Source of the DNA: Octopus sinensis
Taxonomy: Eukaryota
Length of the DNA stretch: 64,000 bases
Direction of reading: 5' to 3'
Assembly: GCF_006345805.1 (NCBI RefSeq)
Contig: NC_043016.1
Coordinates: forward strand, 31,744,001-31,808,000
Position numbers and translations under genes: made by a program
Shown: one piece after another, positions 25,450 through 37,632 of the stretch
Layout of the letters: each line of letters begins with the position of its first letter
How positions within the stretch are numbered: position 1 is the first letter of the stretch
Notes under the pieces: model-generated
What the model was told of the DNA's origin: nothing
The model's input: the letters and a program-made list of their open reading frames with translations, nothing else
Database searches by the model: none

Positions 25450-25790
25450 AGTTCTTTTATTTCACTCATTAGATTGTGGCCATGCCGTATCTTATGTCTG
25501 GTACTTATTCCATTGGTCTCTTTTTTGCTAAACTACCAAGTCAGAGGGATGTAAACAAACCAACACTGGTTGCTAAATAGTGGTAGGGAGAGAAACAAAA
25601 AAAAAAACAAGCACACACATACACATACATAACAGGCTTCTTTCAATTTCCAGCTAGTAAATCCATTCACAAGACTTAGGTTGGCTGAGGACTATAGTAG
25701 AAGATACTTGTCCAAGGTGCCAGGCAGTGGGACTAAAGCCAGAACCATGTGGCTGGGAAGTAAACTTCTTATCACACACCCACACATGCA
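25450..25790 (-). mobile_element. Family A SINE, decayed
   Basis: ctatagtagaagatacttgtccaaggtgcc...agaaccatgtgg reverse head and core. Confidence 0.75.
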
Positions 25791-26033
25791 CATATACAAA
25801 ATATACTGTACACAAGATATACTTTAAGCAAAAATAAAACCATCTTAAACTTGTTTTATTGAATATTCCATATGTAACAAAGCCATGGGTGTATTTATGT
25901 GGTAATTCACACCACTAGAAATAGTGACCAAATATCTCACAAATACTGACTTAAAATGGGACACACCAGATAAAGTGGTTCTAAGATTGCTGCATGTTGG
26001 AAAATGTCAGGATTCTTTCATTCTTTTATTCTT

Positions 26034-26230
26034 TTAATTATTTGAACAGTAGCCTTTCAGTGTGTACTTGATGACATACTTAACTGACCTCCCTGAGGCA
26101 ACAATTTCAACATTGCAGTAGCATTTGAATGTTCTTAAAAGAGTTTCATTATAAGGTACAACCCATTTGTTGCTGTTTGTTTTCCCATTCTTATGAGATT
26201 CAACTCTTCCCATTGCAACTGATCTTCGAC
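26034..26230 (-). pseudogene. Helitron Rep/helicase fragment
   Basis: NKWVVPYNETLLRTFKCYCNVEIVASGRSVKYVIKYTLKG matches the Helitron motif DNRWVVPYN..L...FNAHINVE.C.S..SVKY..KY..KG. Confidence 0.82.
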
Positions 26231-26374
26231 TATAGAGATAATCTCTCTGTCTGTTTTTCTGCCTTTTGATTAAAATGATAAAGATTAATATTTTATTTTT
26301 AAAATAAAATAGTAATTTTACCATTTAAGAAAAAATAAAATAAAATCAGGTACTAGTGATTCAAAAATAACTCA

Positions 26375-26785
26375 TAGGCACAGGAGTGGCTGTGTGGTAG
26401 GTAGCTTGTTTACCAACAACATGGTTCCGGGTTCAGTCCCACTGCGTGGCACCTTGGGTGTGTGTCTTTTACTATAGCCTCGGGCCGACCAAAGCCTTGT
26501 GAGTGGATTTGGTAGACGGAAACTGAAAGAAGCCTGTCGTATATATGTATATATATATATGCGTGTGTGTGTTTGTGTGTCTGTGTTTGTCCCCCCCAGC
26601 ATTGCTTGACAACCGATGCTGGTGTGTTTATGTCCCCGTTACTTAGCGGTTCGGCAAAAGAGACCGATAGAATAAGTACTGGGCTTACAAAAGAATAAGT
26701 CCCGGGGTCGAGTTGCTCGATTAAAGGCGGTGCTCCAGCATGGCCGCAGCCAAATGACTGAAACAAGTAAAAGAATAAAAGAATA
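26375..26785 (+). mobile_element. Family A SINE, young
   Basis: Complete head, core, microsatellite and (AAAAGAAT)n tail; most CpGs retained. Confidence 0.92.
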
Positions 26786-27414
26786 ATAATATAAGAAGAA
26801 TTTCTATCTTTCAAGTCCACAGCACTCCAAAAATTGTAAAAATGATTAAGGGAGAAAAATAGAAAGTAAGAAAAAAGGATGGATGGTGGTAGCTGACACA
26901 ACTCTTTGAAGTGTTGATATTTTCAACATGATGTTTTTTTTCTTAAAGTGGGGAATGACTATTTTATTTGTAATATTTATCAAATAGCAGGCAAACAGAC
27001 AAACTTTGAGTTTTAGTATGATGTAGATTGTAGGGTAGGTGTGATAGACTGGTTCTGGTTGGTTTGAACAAGAATATTTGGACTGGATATGACTGGTTTA
27101 AATGCTGAAGGGATATATTTATATGTATAATCCCTTATCATTCACTGTCAAATGTAAATAGTTCTCAATGTTTTAAATTAAATTAATCATGCATTATCTC
27201 ATAGATTTGAGATTTTGATGATTTGATTGTTTATTTTTAGAATGACATTGTAGTGCAGGTGTGAAAGGTAGAATCTGGTTGGTTTAAAACAAGTAGAATA
27301 TCTGAGCTGAATATGACTAGTTTGAATGCTAAAGGGTTAAGCCAGCTCTGATCAAGCAGACCTATGAAGAAGAGGCATTCCACAGGTAATTGTTCAGTTT
27401 AGTTATATATAAAA

Positions 27415-27812
27415 CTAGCAGTATGCCCCGGCGTTGCTCGGGTTTGTAAGGGAAATAACTATATAAGCATTTTTAGAGATGTAAAGTATAATAGCCATCT
27501 CAATATGGTTAACCACAAAGGTGGGGGTGTTACTGTAGCTTTTTACGTTCTGAGATTTAATAATACATTTTTAGAGAGATACTTCTCTTATATAATAGCA
27601 AAAAAATCCATTAAAAAATGGGAAAAAATTATGGTAAATTTTTTTTTTAATCGTAGACTCATCGTAGACGCGCGCTAATACCCAGAAGGGCTCGATATGA
27701 ATCACGACTATAAGATACCCGGTTTTGGTTAAACTGCACCGCAAAATGTGGGAGTAGTTAGGAATCTAAATCGTAGGGGACAGACACACAACTTCGCTTT
27801 TATATATAAAGA
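27415..27812 (-). mobile_element. Non-autonomous Helitron (398 bp)
   Basis: Minus strand reads A|TCTTTATATATAAAA ... imperfect hairpin cccgagcaacgccggg, then CTAG|T: canonical termini and AT target. Confidence 0.85.
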
Positions 27813-28040
27813 TTAAGGGGAGATAAGTAGTAAAAGAAGCAGCTTACTTTTTATACAGCATAAGACTGGCGACTGCTGCCAGAAAGTGAACAAATGTCTT
27901 CTTTTTTTCAGTGGAATTATGCGGGAGAAACTCATGCAGATATGAAACAAACAATTCATCCGATGTCCTAAATTGTCATCTCAACTTCCGTTTCACCCGC
28001 ATCCTCATATTTTCCACATTTTGAGGTTCAATAAAATGTT

Positions 28041-28831
28041 CATCATCATCATCATCATCGTTTAACGTCCGCTTTCCATGCTAGCATGGGTTGGACGTAT
28101 GAACCAGATGGCTGCACCAGGCTTCAATCTTGATCTGGCAGAGTTTCTATAGCTGGATGCCCTTCCTAACGCCAACCACTCCGAGAGTGTAGTGGGTGCT
28201 TTTATGTGCCACTGGCACGCGGCCAGTCAGGCGGTACCAGCAACGACCTCGCTTGAATCTTTTACACATGCCACCGGCGCGGGTGCCAGTAAGGCAATGA
28301 TGGTAACAATCCCGCTCGAATGGTGTTGTTTACGTGCCACCGGCACGGAGGCCAGATTGCCGCTCTGGCAACGATCACGCTCGGATGGTGCTCTTAATAC
28401 CCTACTAGCACGGGGTTCGAATGCCAGTAGTGCGACGCTGGTAACAATCACACTCGGATGGTGCCTTTTAAGTGCCACTGGCACGGAAGCCGGTTAGCCG
28501 CTCTGTCAATGATCACACTCGTATGGTGCTCTTTGCACCCCATTAGCACGGACGCCAGTCATCGAATTTGATTTTGATTTCACTTGCCTCAACAGGTCTT
28601 CACAAGCAGAGTTTTAGTGTCCAAAGAAGGAAAGGTACGCATAAGTGGGCTGGTAACGCCCCTGGCATAGGCCACGAGATTATGGTCTCATTTGGCTTGC
28701 CGGGTCTTCTCATGCACAGCATATTTCCAAAAGTTTCGGTCACTAGTCATTTCCTTGGTGAGGCCCAAAGTTCGAAAGTCGTGCTTCACCACTTCATCCC
28801 AGGTCTTCCTGGGTCTACCTCTTCCACGGGT
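28041..28831 (-). mobile_element. 5'-truncated RTE-clade LINE (last codons plus 3' UTR and (GAT)n tail)
   Basis: RGRGRPRKTWDEVVKHDFRTLGLTKEMTSDRNFWKYAVHEKTRQAK*. The 3' UTR matches the family C elements; tail ggacgttaaac(gat)n. Possible 4-bp TSD (tgtt at 28037-28040 and 28832-28835). Confidence 0.85.
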
Positions 28832-29879
28832 TGTTGGTGTATAATCAGCTCACGTGTGTAGGCGCCTCCATTGAGGATACAGATGTTATTATATGCTCGC
28901 CACCCATCATTGACAATGTGAGACCCAGGCAAAATCCACCTTTGTATCAGCTCAGTTAAAGTTTCTTCTATGCGGTCAGGTACTTTAACCAAAAAACACT
29001 TTCTTGAGACTCTCTCTCTATAACACCTAATGTCTCTTTGCTTCTTTTACTACTTATCTCCCCCTTAATTTTTATTTACCTTTTTTATATAACTAAACTG
29101 AACAATTACTCATTCCACCATCTATTTTGCATTTATTTTACTTTTGATTTTCATTTTTTATTTTTGTTCAGATATATTATATCTAGTTCACATTATCTAA
29201 TGTGTTCTTAAAAAAAAAAAAAAAAAACAGTCGGTAGTTATTTAAGGAATATTTATTTGGCTGCTATTTCTAGAAGATCAAGCAACCTCATAGAGATTAA
29301 TTGCCAGAATGGAAAAACAGATAACATTGAAAAAATAATGAGTGAGCAAAAAAAAAAATTTCATACAGTTTTAATGATCAAGGCTAGGCAATTAATCAGA
29401 AATGACTGCATATAGTCTTAGATTTACAGAAGAGATAAAAAAAAATAAAAAAGACTTTGTGATGTTTATGCATCACATAAAACATTGCTCTTTATTTGTG
29501 TAAAGTGCAAAGCGACAGAACAGAATGGTGGAGTAGCAGCTCATTAAGACAAGACATTGATCAAAAATTCTTGTGTTACAAAAATGTACACTTAAGAATT
29601 ATAAATTGGAGTAAAAAGAGAAAAAATTAATTTGTGAAAGAAATTAAATTTATTCCTTATTCTAAATCAATGAAAGTGAATTGAAAGCTTTGAAGACATT
29701 CTAAACTTTTTGATAGAAAACCACCCAAGACTGCCCATGGGTGTATGATATGAAATTTCTATTTTAAAGTGAACTATATTAAAACCCTTCATAAATAAAG
29801 TTGTTTTTGTAATTCTTCATTATTACCAAAATAAATTGAAACAAAAGCAGTGTATTTTAACAGAAATTCATTAACAAAG

Positions 29880-30200
29880 GACCAAAGATTGACTACCAGC
29901 TCACATAGAGCTGCTAACACTACAAATAGATCTTTTGTGCTTGGCTTCAACGGCTGTCACAAGACACTCATCTACGTCAGACTATAAAGCAAGGGACTTA
30001 ATCAACATCAGCAAATAACGTTGTTTGTATAAAAATAAGAACGTCTCTCACAGGTTGTTTCATGACAAATATGATTTCTGTGCTTCTACAACAAATCCAA
30101 AAGAACATATTATCCAAGATTGTCACATCCTGAACTAGCTTTCTCAGATTCTATCAATACTTTGTCCATTAGTTTGAGACTCCTGCAAATTGCCTCCATC
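29880..30200 (-). pseudogene. Decayed RTE reverse-transcriptase fragment
   Basis: Minus-strand pieces KLMDKVL, GF and *SDVDECLVTAVEA resemble RTE 'KLMDQVMKV...QFGF...GIDEWLVRAVQAMY'; many stops. Confidence 0.5.
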
Positions 30201-30255
30201 CACTACATCTTTAGTTTTATTGTAGTTGACAGTAACCTTACTACATAATTGTGGG

Positions 30256-30657
30256 CAATACTAGATTAAGACCTATAGGGGCCTGAGGCACTTATAAGAT
30301 TTTGTAATTCAAATATAAACAATAAAAAGCCATAAAATAAATTTTTCAAAATGAAACAAAACTAACAGCAAGATGGAAAATAATGTTTATTTTTGTATAC
30401 TTTCACTTTATTTATATTTGAAAAACTCTTCTCCTACTTTTTAATTACAAAGTATTTGATTAAATTCTTTATATTAATCTTACATAACACATCTGGTTCT
30501 ATATTTAGTAGACATAATGCACCCTAAATATTATTTTGGTAAGTTTAATGTAATTTCTTTTGTAGCATAAACCATTTGCCATTTCTGTAGTGGCCTTCCC
30601 CTTCTCCTTGATGCCCTAAGCACGTGCTTATTTTGCTTAATAACTAATCCAGCACTG
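30256..30657. mobile_element. hAT-like MITE, copy 1
   Basis: Ends caatactagattaa / ctaatccagcactg. Internal sequence shared with 37220-37632. Confidence 0.6.
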
Positions 30658-30864
30658 ATTGATTGGGGGTGGAGGTGGAAGGTAGCACCTTGTAATGTCA
30701 CATCAACTAGATCAATAACTATTATGCTTGTACAACCTTATGCTTTCTACATCTTAACAACCATCCCTGATGGGCTCATTAATAACCTCTTCTTCAATTC
30801 CTTAATAACCTGTAGTGCTCATATGGTATGCTGTCATCAATATCACAAATTAACTATCATCTCA

Positions 30865-31110
30865 TCATCATCATTATCGTTTAACATCCACCTTCCATTC
30901 TGGCATGGATTGGACAGTTTGACAGGAGCTGGCTAAGTAGAAGACTGCACCAGGCTACTGTCTGTTTCAGCACGGTTTTTATTGCATCATCCATACTGTA
31001 GAAAGGACCGAGTGCATTTTACGTGGCACCAGCACAGACAAAGTCAGTTTTTTATAGCTGGATGCCCTTCCAAATGCCAATCACTTCACAGTGTGGACTG
31101 GATGCTTTTT
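30865..31110 (-). mobile_element. Family C element, decayed
   Basis: cgtttaacatcc tail; gctggatgcccttccaaatgccaa. Confidence 0.7.
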
Positions 31111-31525
31111 ACATGCCTCTTATGTTGTTTTTAGTTGCTGCTTATCTGCGTATATTCCCATGAACAACAGATACAAACATAAATAATTTCATACAAATTT
31201 CTAATGACTGCTGGCAGAGATGTAGGAGATTGGAATCAAGCTTCAGCATAACTAATGTTAAATCCTTAAAGATGTTTTAGCCCGAAGGCTGTGGCCATGC
31301 TGGGGCACCACCAAATGTTGTGGAGGTGCATGACTTAGTAGTTTGAGTGTTGGACTCATGATTGTAAGATTGTGGTTTCAAATCCTGGACCGGGTGACAC
31401 ATTGTGTTCTTGAGCTAAACATTTCATTTCACACTACACTAGTTAGTTAGTTAGTTAGTTAATTTGGCTCAAAAGCAAATAGCAAGGCCATGTAGGGGGA
31501 CATGGAGTTAAGTACAGGGTGGTGT

Positions 31526-34411
31526 TCATGTAAAGAGTTCAGGCCACTTGAGGTCCAGGGAGGCTTTGAACAAAGCGGTCGTCAGCATCTTTACCATCTC
31601 GTCTGGCAGCTTGTTCCACGGATCTGCAACCCGGACGGAGAAAGCTCCTCCTTCGATTGAGATGAAATCGTCGCAGGTAGAGCTTTTCGGAATGACCCCG
31701 CAGCCGACGCTCTGGAGCAGGAGTGAAGAACAGCTCTTTCGAGAGGTTACACTTTCCGCTTATGATGTTGTGGGCGAGAATGAGATCACTACGGCGGCGG
31801 CGTTTTTCAAGAGAATAAAGGTCGAGCGTCCTCAGCCTTTCTTCGTAGGACAAATTTTTGAGACCATGAACCATGCGGGTAGCCAGCTTCTGGACTCTTT
31901 CGAGATGCTGTATGTCTTTGAGGAGATAAGGAGAAGAGGCTTGAATCCCATACTCCAATATGGGTCTCACCAGCGTGACATAGAGTGGTAGGAATATGGC
32001 TGCTGTGAGCATTCCGAATGACTGTCGAATCAAGAACAGAATTCCGCGTGCTTTGTTGGCAGCATGGACGCACTGGGCCGAAGGCGAAAAGGAGGAATCC
32101 ACCACGATACCTAGGTCCTTTACCTGATCGGTCCTCTCCAGCAGCAGACGACCCGGCTCGAAATCAAGTTGAGTTGCAGGAGTAGAGCCGACAGGCAGAT
32201 GACAGCACTTTGACACGTTCAGACACAGGTCCCAATCGTTAGACCACTTCCAAATTTGGTGGAGGCATCGACGAAGATCCTCTATATTACCGCGAGGAGC
32301 GACCAGTTTGATATCGTCGGCAAATAGAAGGGTGTGTTGCGTGAGGTCGTCGGGCAAGTCATTTATGAAGACTAAGAACAACAAGGGTCCAAGCACTGAA
32401 CCTTGAGGCACGCCACTGCTCGCACTGGAGACGTCGGACTGCGAACCATTAACTTGGACTTGGAAGGAGCGATCTGAGAGGAAGGCACCAACCCATCGTA
32501 CAATATCCGGATGGAAACTATATGCTTGAAGCTTGACAAGTAGTAGGCGGTGGTTTACTGAGTCAAAAGCTTTGGCAAAGTCCAGTAAAACGATGTCAAC
32601 AGCATCACTATATTGAGGATACGCGTCACCAATTCTTCCATTACTAGTAAGTTGGTCAAGCATGATCTCTTCGGCACGAAGCCGTGTTGGGAATCGGAGA
32701 TAGAGGCTGTGTTTAGGAGGTGGAGCATCATACTTTTCTTAAGGATGGTTTCGAACATCTTGCTGATTATTGATGTAAGGGAAACCGGTCGGTAGTTAAG
32801 CGGGTCTTCGCGGCTCCCTTTCTTGAAAATTGGGCAGATTATCGCTGTTCTCCAGTCTGCAGGTATAACACCCGTCGCCAATGACATATTGAATAGTCGC
32901 GTTAAGGGCTCGCAGATGACCGGAGCCAACGCTTTGATAACCCGTGGGTGTATGCCGTCAGGGCCGTGACCCTTGTTGACATTGAGGCCTTGAATAACAC
33001 GTTTGACTTCGTCCCGCGTGATGACCAATCGAAGCATTGGAGGTACCGATCTATCAAATGGAGGGGGTTCACGACCATCATCTTGTTTGAAAATAGTTGA
33101 AAAAGCCTCGGCAAATAATTGACTCTGTTGATAAGGGTCCTCAATCGATATGCCTGTTGAGTCTACCAACGTTGCAATCTGGTTGTTCAAGCGGAAATTC
33201 CACTGGACATGGGCAAAGAAGGTTTTTGGATTGCTACTGGCATTTGCTGCGATTTTGTATTCATAACTGAAGCGTTCTTTCTTTTCGATTTTCACGGCTC
33301 GGTCTCGTTGTGTTTTGTACACCTCAAAAGCTGCAGTCGAATCCAGATTTTTGAATTCAGCCCAAGCAATATCTCTGAGTCGACGTTCTCGTTTAACCCT
33401 CTTCGTCACCCAGGGCTTGTGTTTCTTCCTCTTGGGAAGCCCAACGGAAACTGCCTGGTCTGTCAAACAGATTACATATGCTTTGAGGGATGACCATAGT
33501 TCGTCAACTGAGGACAATGTCATCAGGGATCGCCAGTCCAGAAGCGCGGAAGCCTCGGTTAGAATTTCAAGATTAATTGCAGAGAAGACTCTACGTGGCA
33601 GCGAAGTAGTCGTGGGCGCAGAAAAAGTTGTGTGCATGACGAACTTCAGGACCGCATGATCACTCTTGGCAAGAGGGGTGCACACAGATACATCTGACAC
33701 TGATCTTGGATAGCGGGAGAATACCAGATCTAGCATAGATGGCTGCTGCCCAGACCGATGCCTTGTCGGATATTCAACATGTTGCGATAGAAAACAATCT
33801 TCAGCCACGTCAAGAAGGGCCTGGCCGAACCGGGAAGATGTTGTACAAATTGATGCGGGCCAATCGATCGTGGGAGCGTTGAAGTTGCCTAGTACCAAGC
33901 AGTCATGCGAAGCTGAAACAAATCTTATCGCTTCGAGTAGATGAGCATCGTCCTGGGGGTCGGCTAGAGGCGGCCTGTAGACAGCCAACACGGGCAGGCA
34001 AAACTCAGATAGGCTCAGCTTGCAATAGACGGCATCGAATTTTGTTGTAGGCTGAGCATTAGTGGGTAGAATACCGCTGGACGGTTTGTGCTCAGACTTA
34101 ACATACACAGCAACACCTCCACCTCGCCTTTTTCCTCTGTCACATCTGAAAAGGACGTAGCCCTGCAGATGGATTTCTGAGTCCTTTACTGCTGGAGTTA
34201 GCCAAGTCTCGGTGATAGCTATCACATCAGGGGAGTCACGTATGGCCAGTGTAAATAGTTCACTGAACTTTGGGAATAAGGAGCACGAGTTGGTGTAGAC
34301 TATGCTGAGCTGTGAAGTCTGAGGGGCGGGAGTTGGGGAACAAGCAGAATAAGGGGTATCAGATATAGCATCGTTGACGGGGGTATCAACTTCACTTCGA
34401 TTTGCCCTCAC
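31526..34411 (-). pseudogene. CR1 ORF2 (APE endonuclease plus RT) broken by two frameshifts
   Basis: EN motifs YTN.CSL, IAITETWL, RGGGVAVYV, LDLVFS, SDH. RT motifs NYRPVSLTS, QHGFVPKRSC, LDFAKAFDSV, GVPQGSVLGP, LFADD. Shifts near 32612 and 31648; the restored end RVADPWNKLP...WPELFT* has its stop at 31526-31528. Confidence 0.9.
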
Positions 34412-34776
34412 ATCACTTTCCCTGTCAGCACTACAGCATGGGACCAGAGGTAGGACTTGATTATCTGTCCATCTTGGATTCGTAAACCCTTCTCTCCCAT
34501 TTGTTTCCTCATCTTTAGTTCGGATATCAGGTTTCTCCGGTGAATTCTCTCTCTTAGTGAGTATTCCTCGCGAAAACCCATATTGGGGTCCTCCCAGGCA
34601 TGCGTCTGAGCTCTGTTCAGAAAGACTGAAGCCTCCCGATCAGAAGAAAAGATTACCCTTATTGGGCGTGGTCTAGTATCTGCGGTTGGGTTCGCTTGGA
34701 ATCTTCCTAGCCGAGCGACCTTAAGGACACTGACCTTTTCGTTCACAGAGAACAATTCTCCAACCAAAATGTCCAT
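34408..34776 (-). CDS. CR1 ORF1 C-terminal portion
   Basis: VARLGRF...RPRPIRVIFSS...GFREEYSLRERIHRRNLISELKMRKQMGEKGLRIQDGQII is typical of the CR1/L2 ORF1 C-terminus. Confidence 0.75.
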   Translation of the reverse strand: MDILVGELFSVNEKVSVLKVARLGRFQANPTADTRPRPIRVIFSSDREASVFLNRAQTHAWEDPNMGFREEYSLRERIHRRNLISELKMRKQMGEKGLRIQDGQIIKSYLWSHAVVLTGKVM

Positions 34777-35419
34777 TCATCCGACAAAAACAAGTAATTC
34801 TGAGACAGACCAGGATCCTGTTCAACGGGGAATATATACGCTAAAGGAACCAGGAAACCAGCCCTATGTGTATGTATGACGAGGGAAGGATTTTTATGTT
34901 TTACCTTATCTATGAATAATATCCATAGCAACGAGTAGTAAGACTCAAGAGACTGGGAAATATTAGTTTCAAATTATGATGAAAAATTCCATTCATTTCT
35001 AGCTGGATTCAGCCAAGGAAAACTTAACATTGTTTCTGCTATACTGGGTCATGCTCTTTGCTAGAATGTGGGGAAAGGTGAGGATGTATGTTCTCTGGCA
35101 TTTATCTCAATGTCTGTGATTGTTCTTGGTGGAATCTTGCTCTAATAACTATGACTAATAACTAAGCAAAGGAAAAGGTCATAGAACATTTCAATTAAGT
35201 TCTATATGGCATGGTATTTCTACAAGCTGACTGGTCTGTAATCAGGGCACATTGCTTGACCTCAATGTGGTTTTAACTGATAACCAAACATCTGACGTTT
35301 CGATTTTAGATCTCACTACAAACTATTATTAAACATACTGAACTAATCTGGTTCTTCTCGGGTTGTTGTTTATTTTTCCTCTCATGGTTCGTTCCTTTCA
35401 ATATCAGTGAAGACAAAAT

Positions 35420-35762
35420 GTATCTTTTACTTGTTTCAGTCATTTGACTACAGCCATGTTGGAGCACCACCTTTATTCTTTGTAAGCCTAGGACTTATTC
35501 TATCGGTCTCTTTTGCCAAACCACTAAGTTACGGGGATGTAAACACACCACCAGCAGTTGTCAAGCGATGTTGGGGGACAAACACAGACACATATATACA
35601 ATGGGCTTCTTTCAGTTTCCATCTATCAAATCCACTCACAATGCTTTGGTCGGCCTGAGGCTATAGTAGAAGACACTTGGCCAAGGTGCCATGCAGTGGG
35701 TATGAATCCAGAATCATGTGGTTGGTAAGCAAGCTACTTACTACACAGCCACTCCTGCACCT
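35420..35762 (-). mobile_element. Family A SINE
   Basis: Reverse-complement copy from tail to head. Confidence 0.85.
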
Positions 35763-36961
35763 ATTGTTTACTTTTAAGATGACATTGCAGGATAGGTGTA
35801 AGAAACTGTATTTGGCCGGTTCGAACATAAAAGAAATAGAATATTATGGTTGGATACAGCCAGTTTAAATGCTAAAAGATTAAACGATGATGATGATGAT
35901 GACGATGACAATGATGGTGGTTGTAATGGTGGTAGTGGTGGAAGTGATAGAGTCTCTCAGTCAATTTTCCAGTGTTACAACTATGCTGAACGGGTTGCCT
36001 GTATTTAAGCCTATCAACTGATGCTTCTCCTATGCGTAAAAATAAAAGAAAGCAAAAGACATTTTAGACTAATACTTATTTAAATTCTCTAACTTATGTG
36101 ACATGGTCACCTACCCTGCTGCCATCTAAGGCATCCCTGGTCATGTAAATTTAATGTCAAAGTTGTTGAGCAATAAAAATATTTTCTAGAAGTTCCTGTT
36201 GTGATGAATGACAGAAAAGAAAATATCTAAGTCAAATGAATCATTTCAACAATATGTACGAGATTCTGTGTCTGAACAAGGACAGTAGCCATCAGTGGTG
36301 TAGAATGTAGCAGCTACTGCTGTTGTTGTCATCATCATGATCTGTAGCTGATGTTGAGAGATAATTAAAATGGAAGCATACAAAAATAAACATTATTTTC
36401 CATCATACTCTGAATTTTGTTTCATTTTGAAAAATAAAAATTTATTTTATTGTTTATTATCATTTACATTTTGAACCATTTACATGTTCTTGAGGGCACC
36501 AAAACCTTTTAAGTGCTTCGGGCCTCTATGGGTTTTAATCTGGCTCTGGCTGGGTTCATTGTATTTTTTGCTGGTCAACTAGCCTCTGGTTAAAAGAAAG
36601 AAAAAAAAACCCCACAACAATAGCAAGTTCTTAATGTGTTTATCAGACTATGAAGGAATTAGTCATTGGCTGACATCATCAATCATTGACAGAATTCTGC
36701 TTGTGTCTTTATTAGTTATGTTTTACATACGAGTGTAGTGATTCAAATTTAATTCTTAGGCAATGAGTTGGTGTTTGGGACTCTTGTCAAATATTCCTGC
36801 TCCAGATTTTTAATCAGGACCAGCCTGTCATTTTGTATATCAGGGACTATGCTGACCAATGTATCTTACTTTGTTTAGGACAGTAAAATGTAAATTGAGG
36901 AGAGATTTGGCTGCTATTTCTAAATAAAACTAAGGAGTGAAGAATGCCCTGACTCATTTAA

Positions 36962-37180
36962 CTCTTCAGCATTCGGGTTATCTTGTTAATGGAATGCTTA
37001 TTTATTCATGTTGTTTTGAATCTGTTATACATTACTTTGTAGCTTTGTGATCTCTATGATGTGGTTGTATATTTTTAGAATTATATTGTATGGAAGATGT
37101 AAAAGGCCTGATCTGGTCAATCTGAACCTAAAACAGATAGAATATTTGGGCCTGATAAGGCCAGTTTGAACACTAAAGGG
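36962..37180. mobile_element. piggyBac-type MITE (same family as 520-747)
   Basis: TTAA at 36958-36961 and 37181-37184; ends ctcttcagcatt / aacactaaaggg. Confidence 0.65.
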
Positions 37181-37219
37181 TTAAATTTGATGAAGTCTCC
37201 AAAAACCTATGCCATGTGG

Positions 37220-37632
37220 CAGGGCTAGATTAAGATCTACAGAGGCCCTAATCATTTAAAAGATTTTGGTGCTCCCATACATATGTAATTCAAGATATAA
37301 ATAATAATAAATCATAAAATAAGTTTTTATTTTTCAAAATGAAACAAAACAGTAAGAGGGAAAACAATTGTTTATTTTTGTGTACATCCATATTTCAAAA
37401 GTTTTCTCCTACTTTTTTTTATTACAAAGTCTTTCATCAGATCCTCACTATAACAGCATGAACACTTTGACAATATATTTCCAATAATGTAAACCACTTC
37501 AAATATTACTTTACTAAGTTTGAAGTGATTTCTTTTGTGCCATAAACCATTTACCATTTCTGTGGTGACCCCCACCCTTCCCTTGATGCCCTAAGCACAT
37601 GCTTATTTTGCATAATGGTTAATCTAGTGCTG
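37220..37632. mobile_element. hAT-like MITE, copy 2
   Basis: TIRs cagggctagattaa / ttaatctagtgctg; 8-bp flanks ccatgtgg / ccttgggg (6/8). Confidence 0.65.

Larger units (their letters stand above)
27385..29110 (-). mobile_element. Merlin (IS1016/IS1595-like) DNA transposon, internally deleted, with two nested insertions
   Basis: TIRs gtaattgttcagtttagttatata...ttaagggggagataagtagtaaaagaagca at both ends. TSD cattccac (27376-27383 / 29111-29118). Transposase remnants ERVSRKCFLVKVPDR...ILPGSHIVNDGWRAY and HFIEPQNVENMRMRVKRKLR*QFRTSDELFVSYLHEF. Confidence 0.85.
31440..34800 (-). mobile_element. Near full-length CR1-clade LINE with (TAAC)n tail
   Basis: ORF1 C-terminal part, APE endonuclease and RT domains, a short 3' UTR and (TAAC)n tail (agttagttag on + at 31441-31460). 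GC-rich relative to the flanks. Its 3' end abuts a truncated SINE (about 31330-31440). The 5' limit is approximate. Confidence 0.93.

Noticed and set aside
27813-29068. TTAA-flanked GGGG...CCCC element (piggyBac or Kolobok)
   Set aside because: The inverted repeat extends further out once the Helitron is removed, and an 8-bp TSD plus an IS1595-like transposase indicate Merlin.
35290-35325. Minus-strand CGAAACGTC suggesting another hammerhead
   Set aside because: The CUGAUGA box is absent (GTAGTGA at best) and P1 is not convincing.
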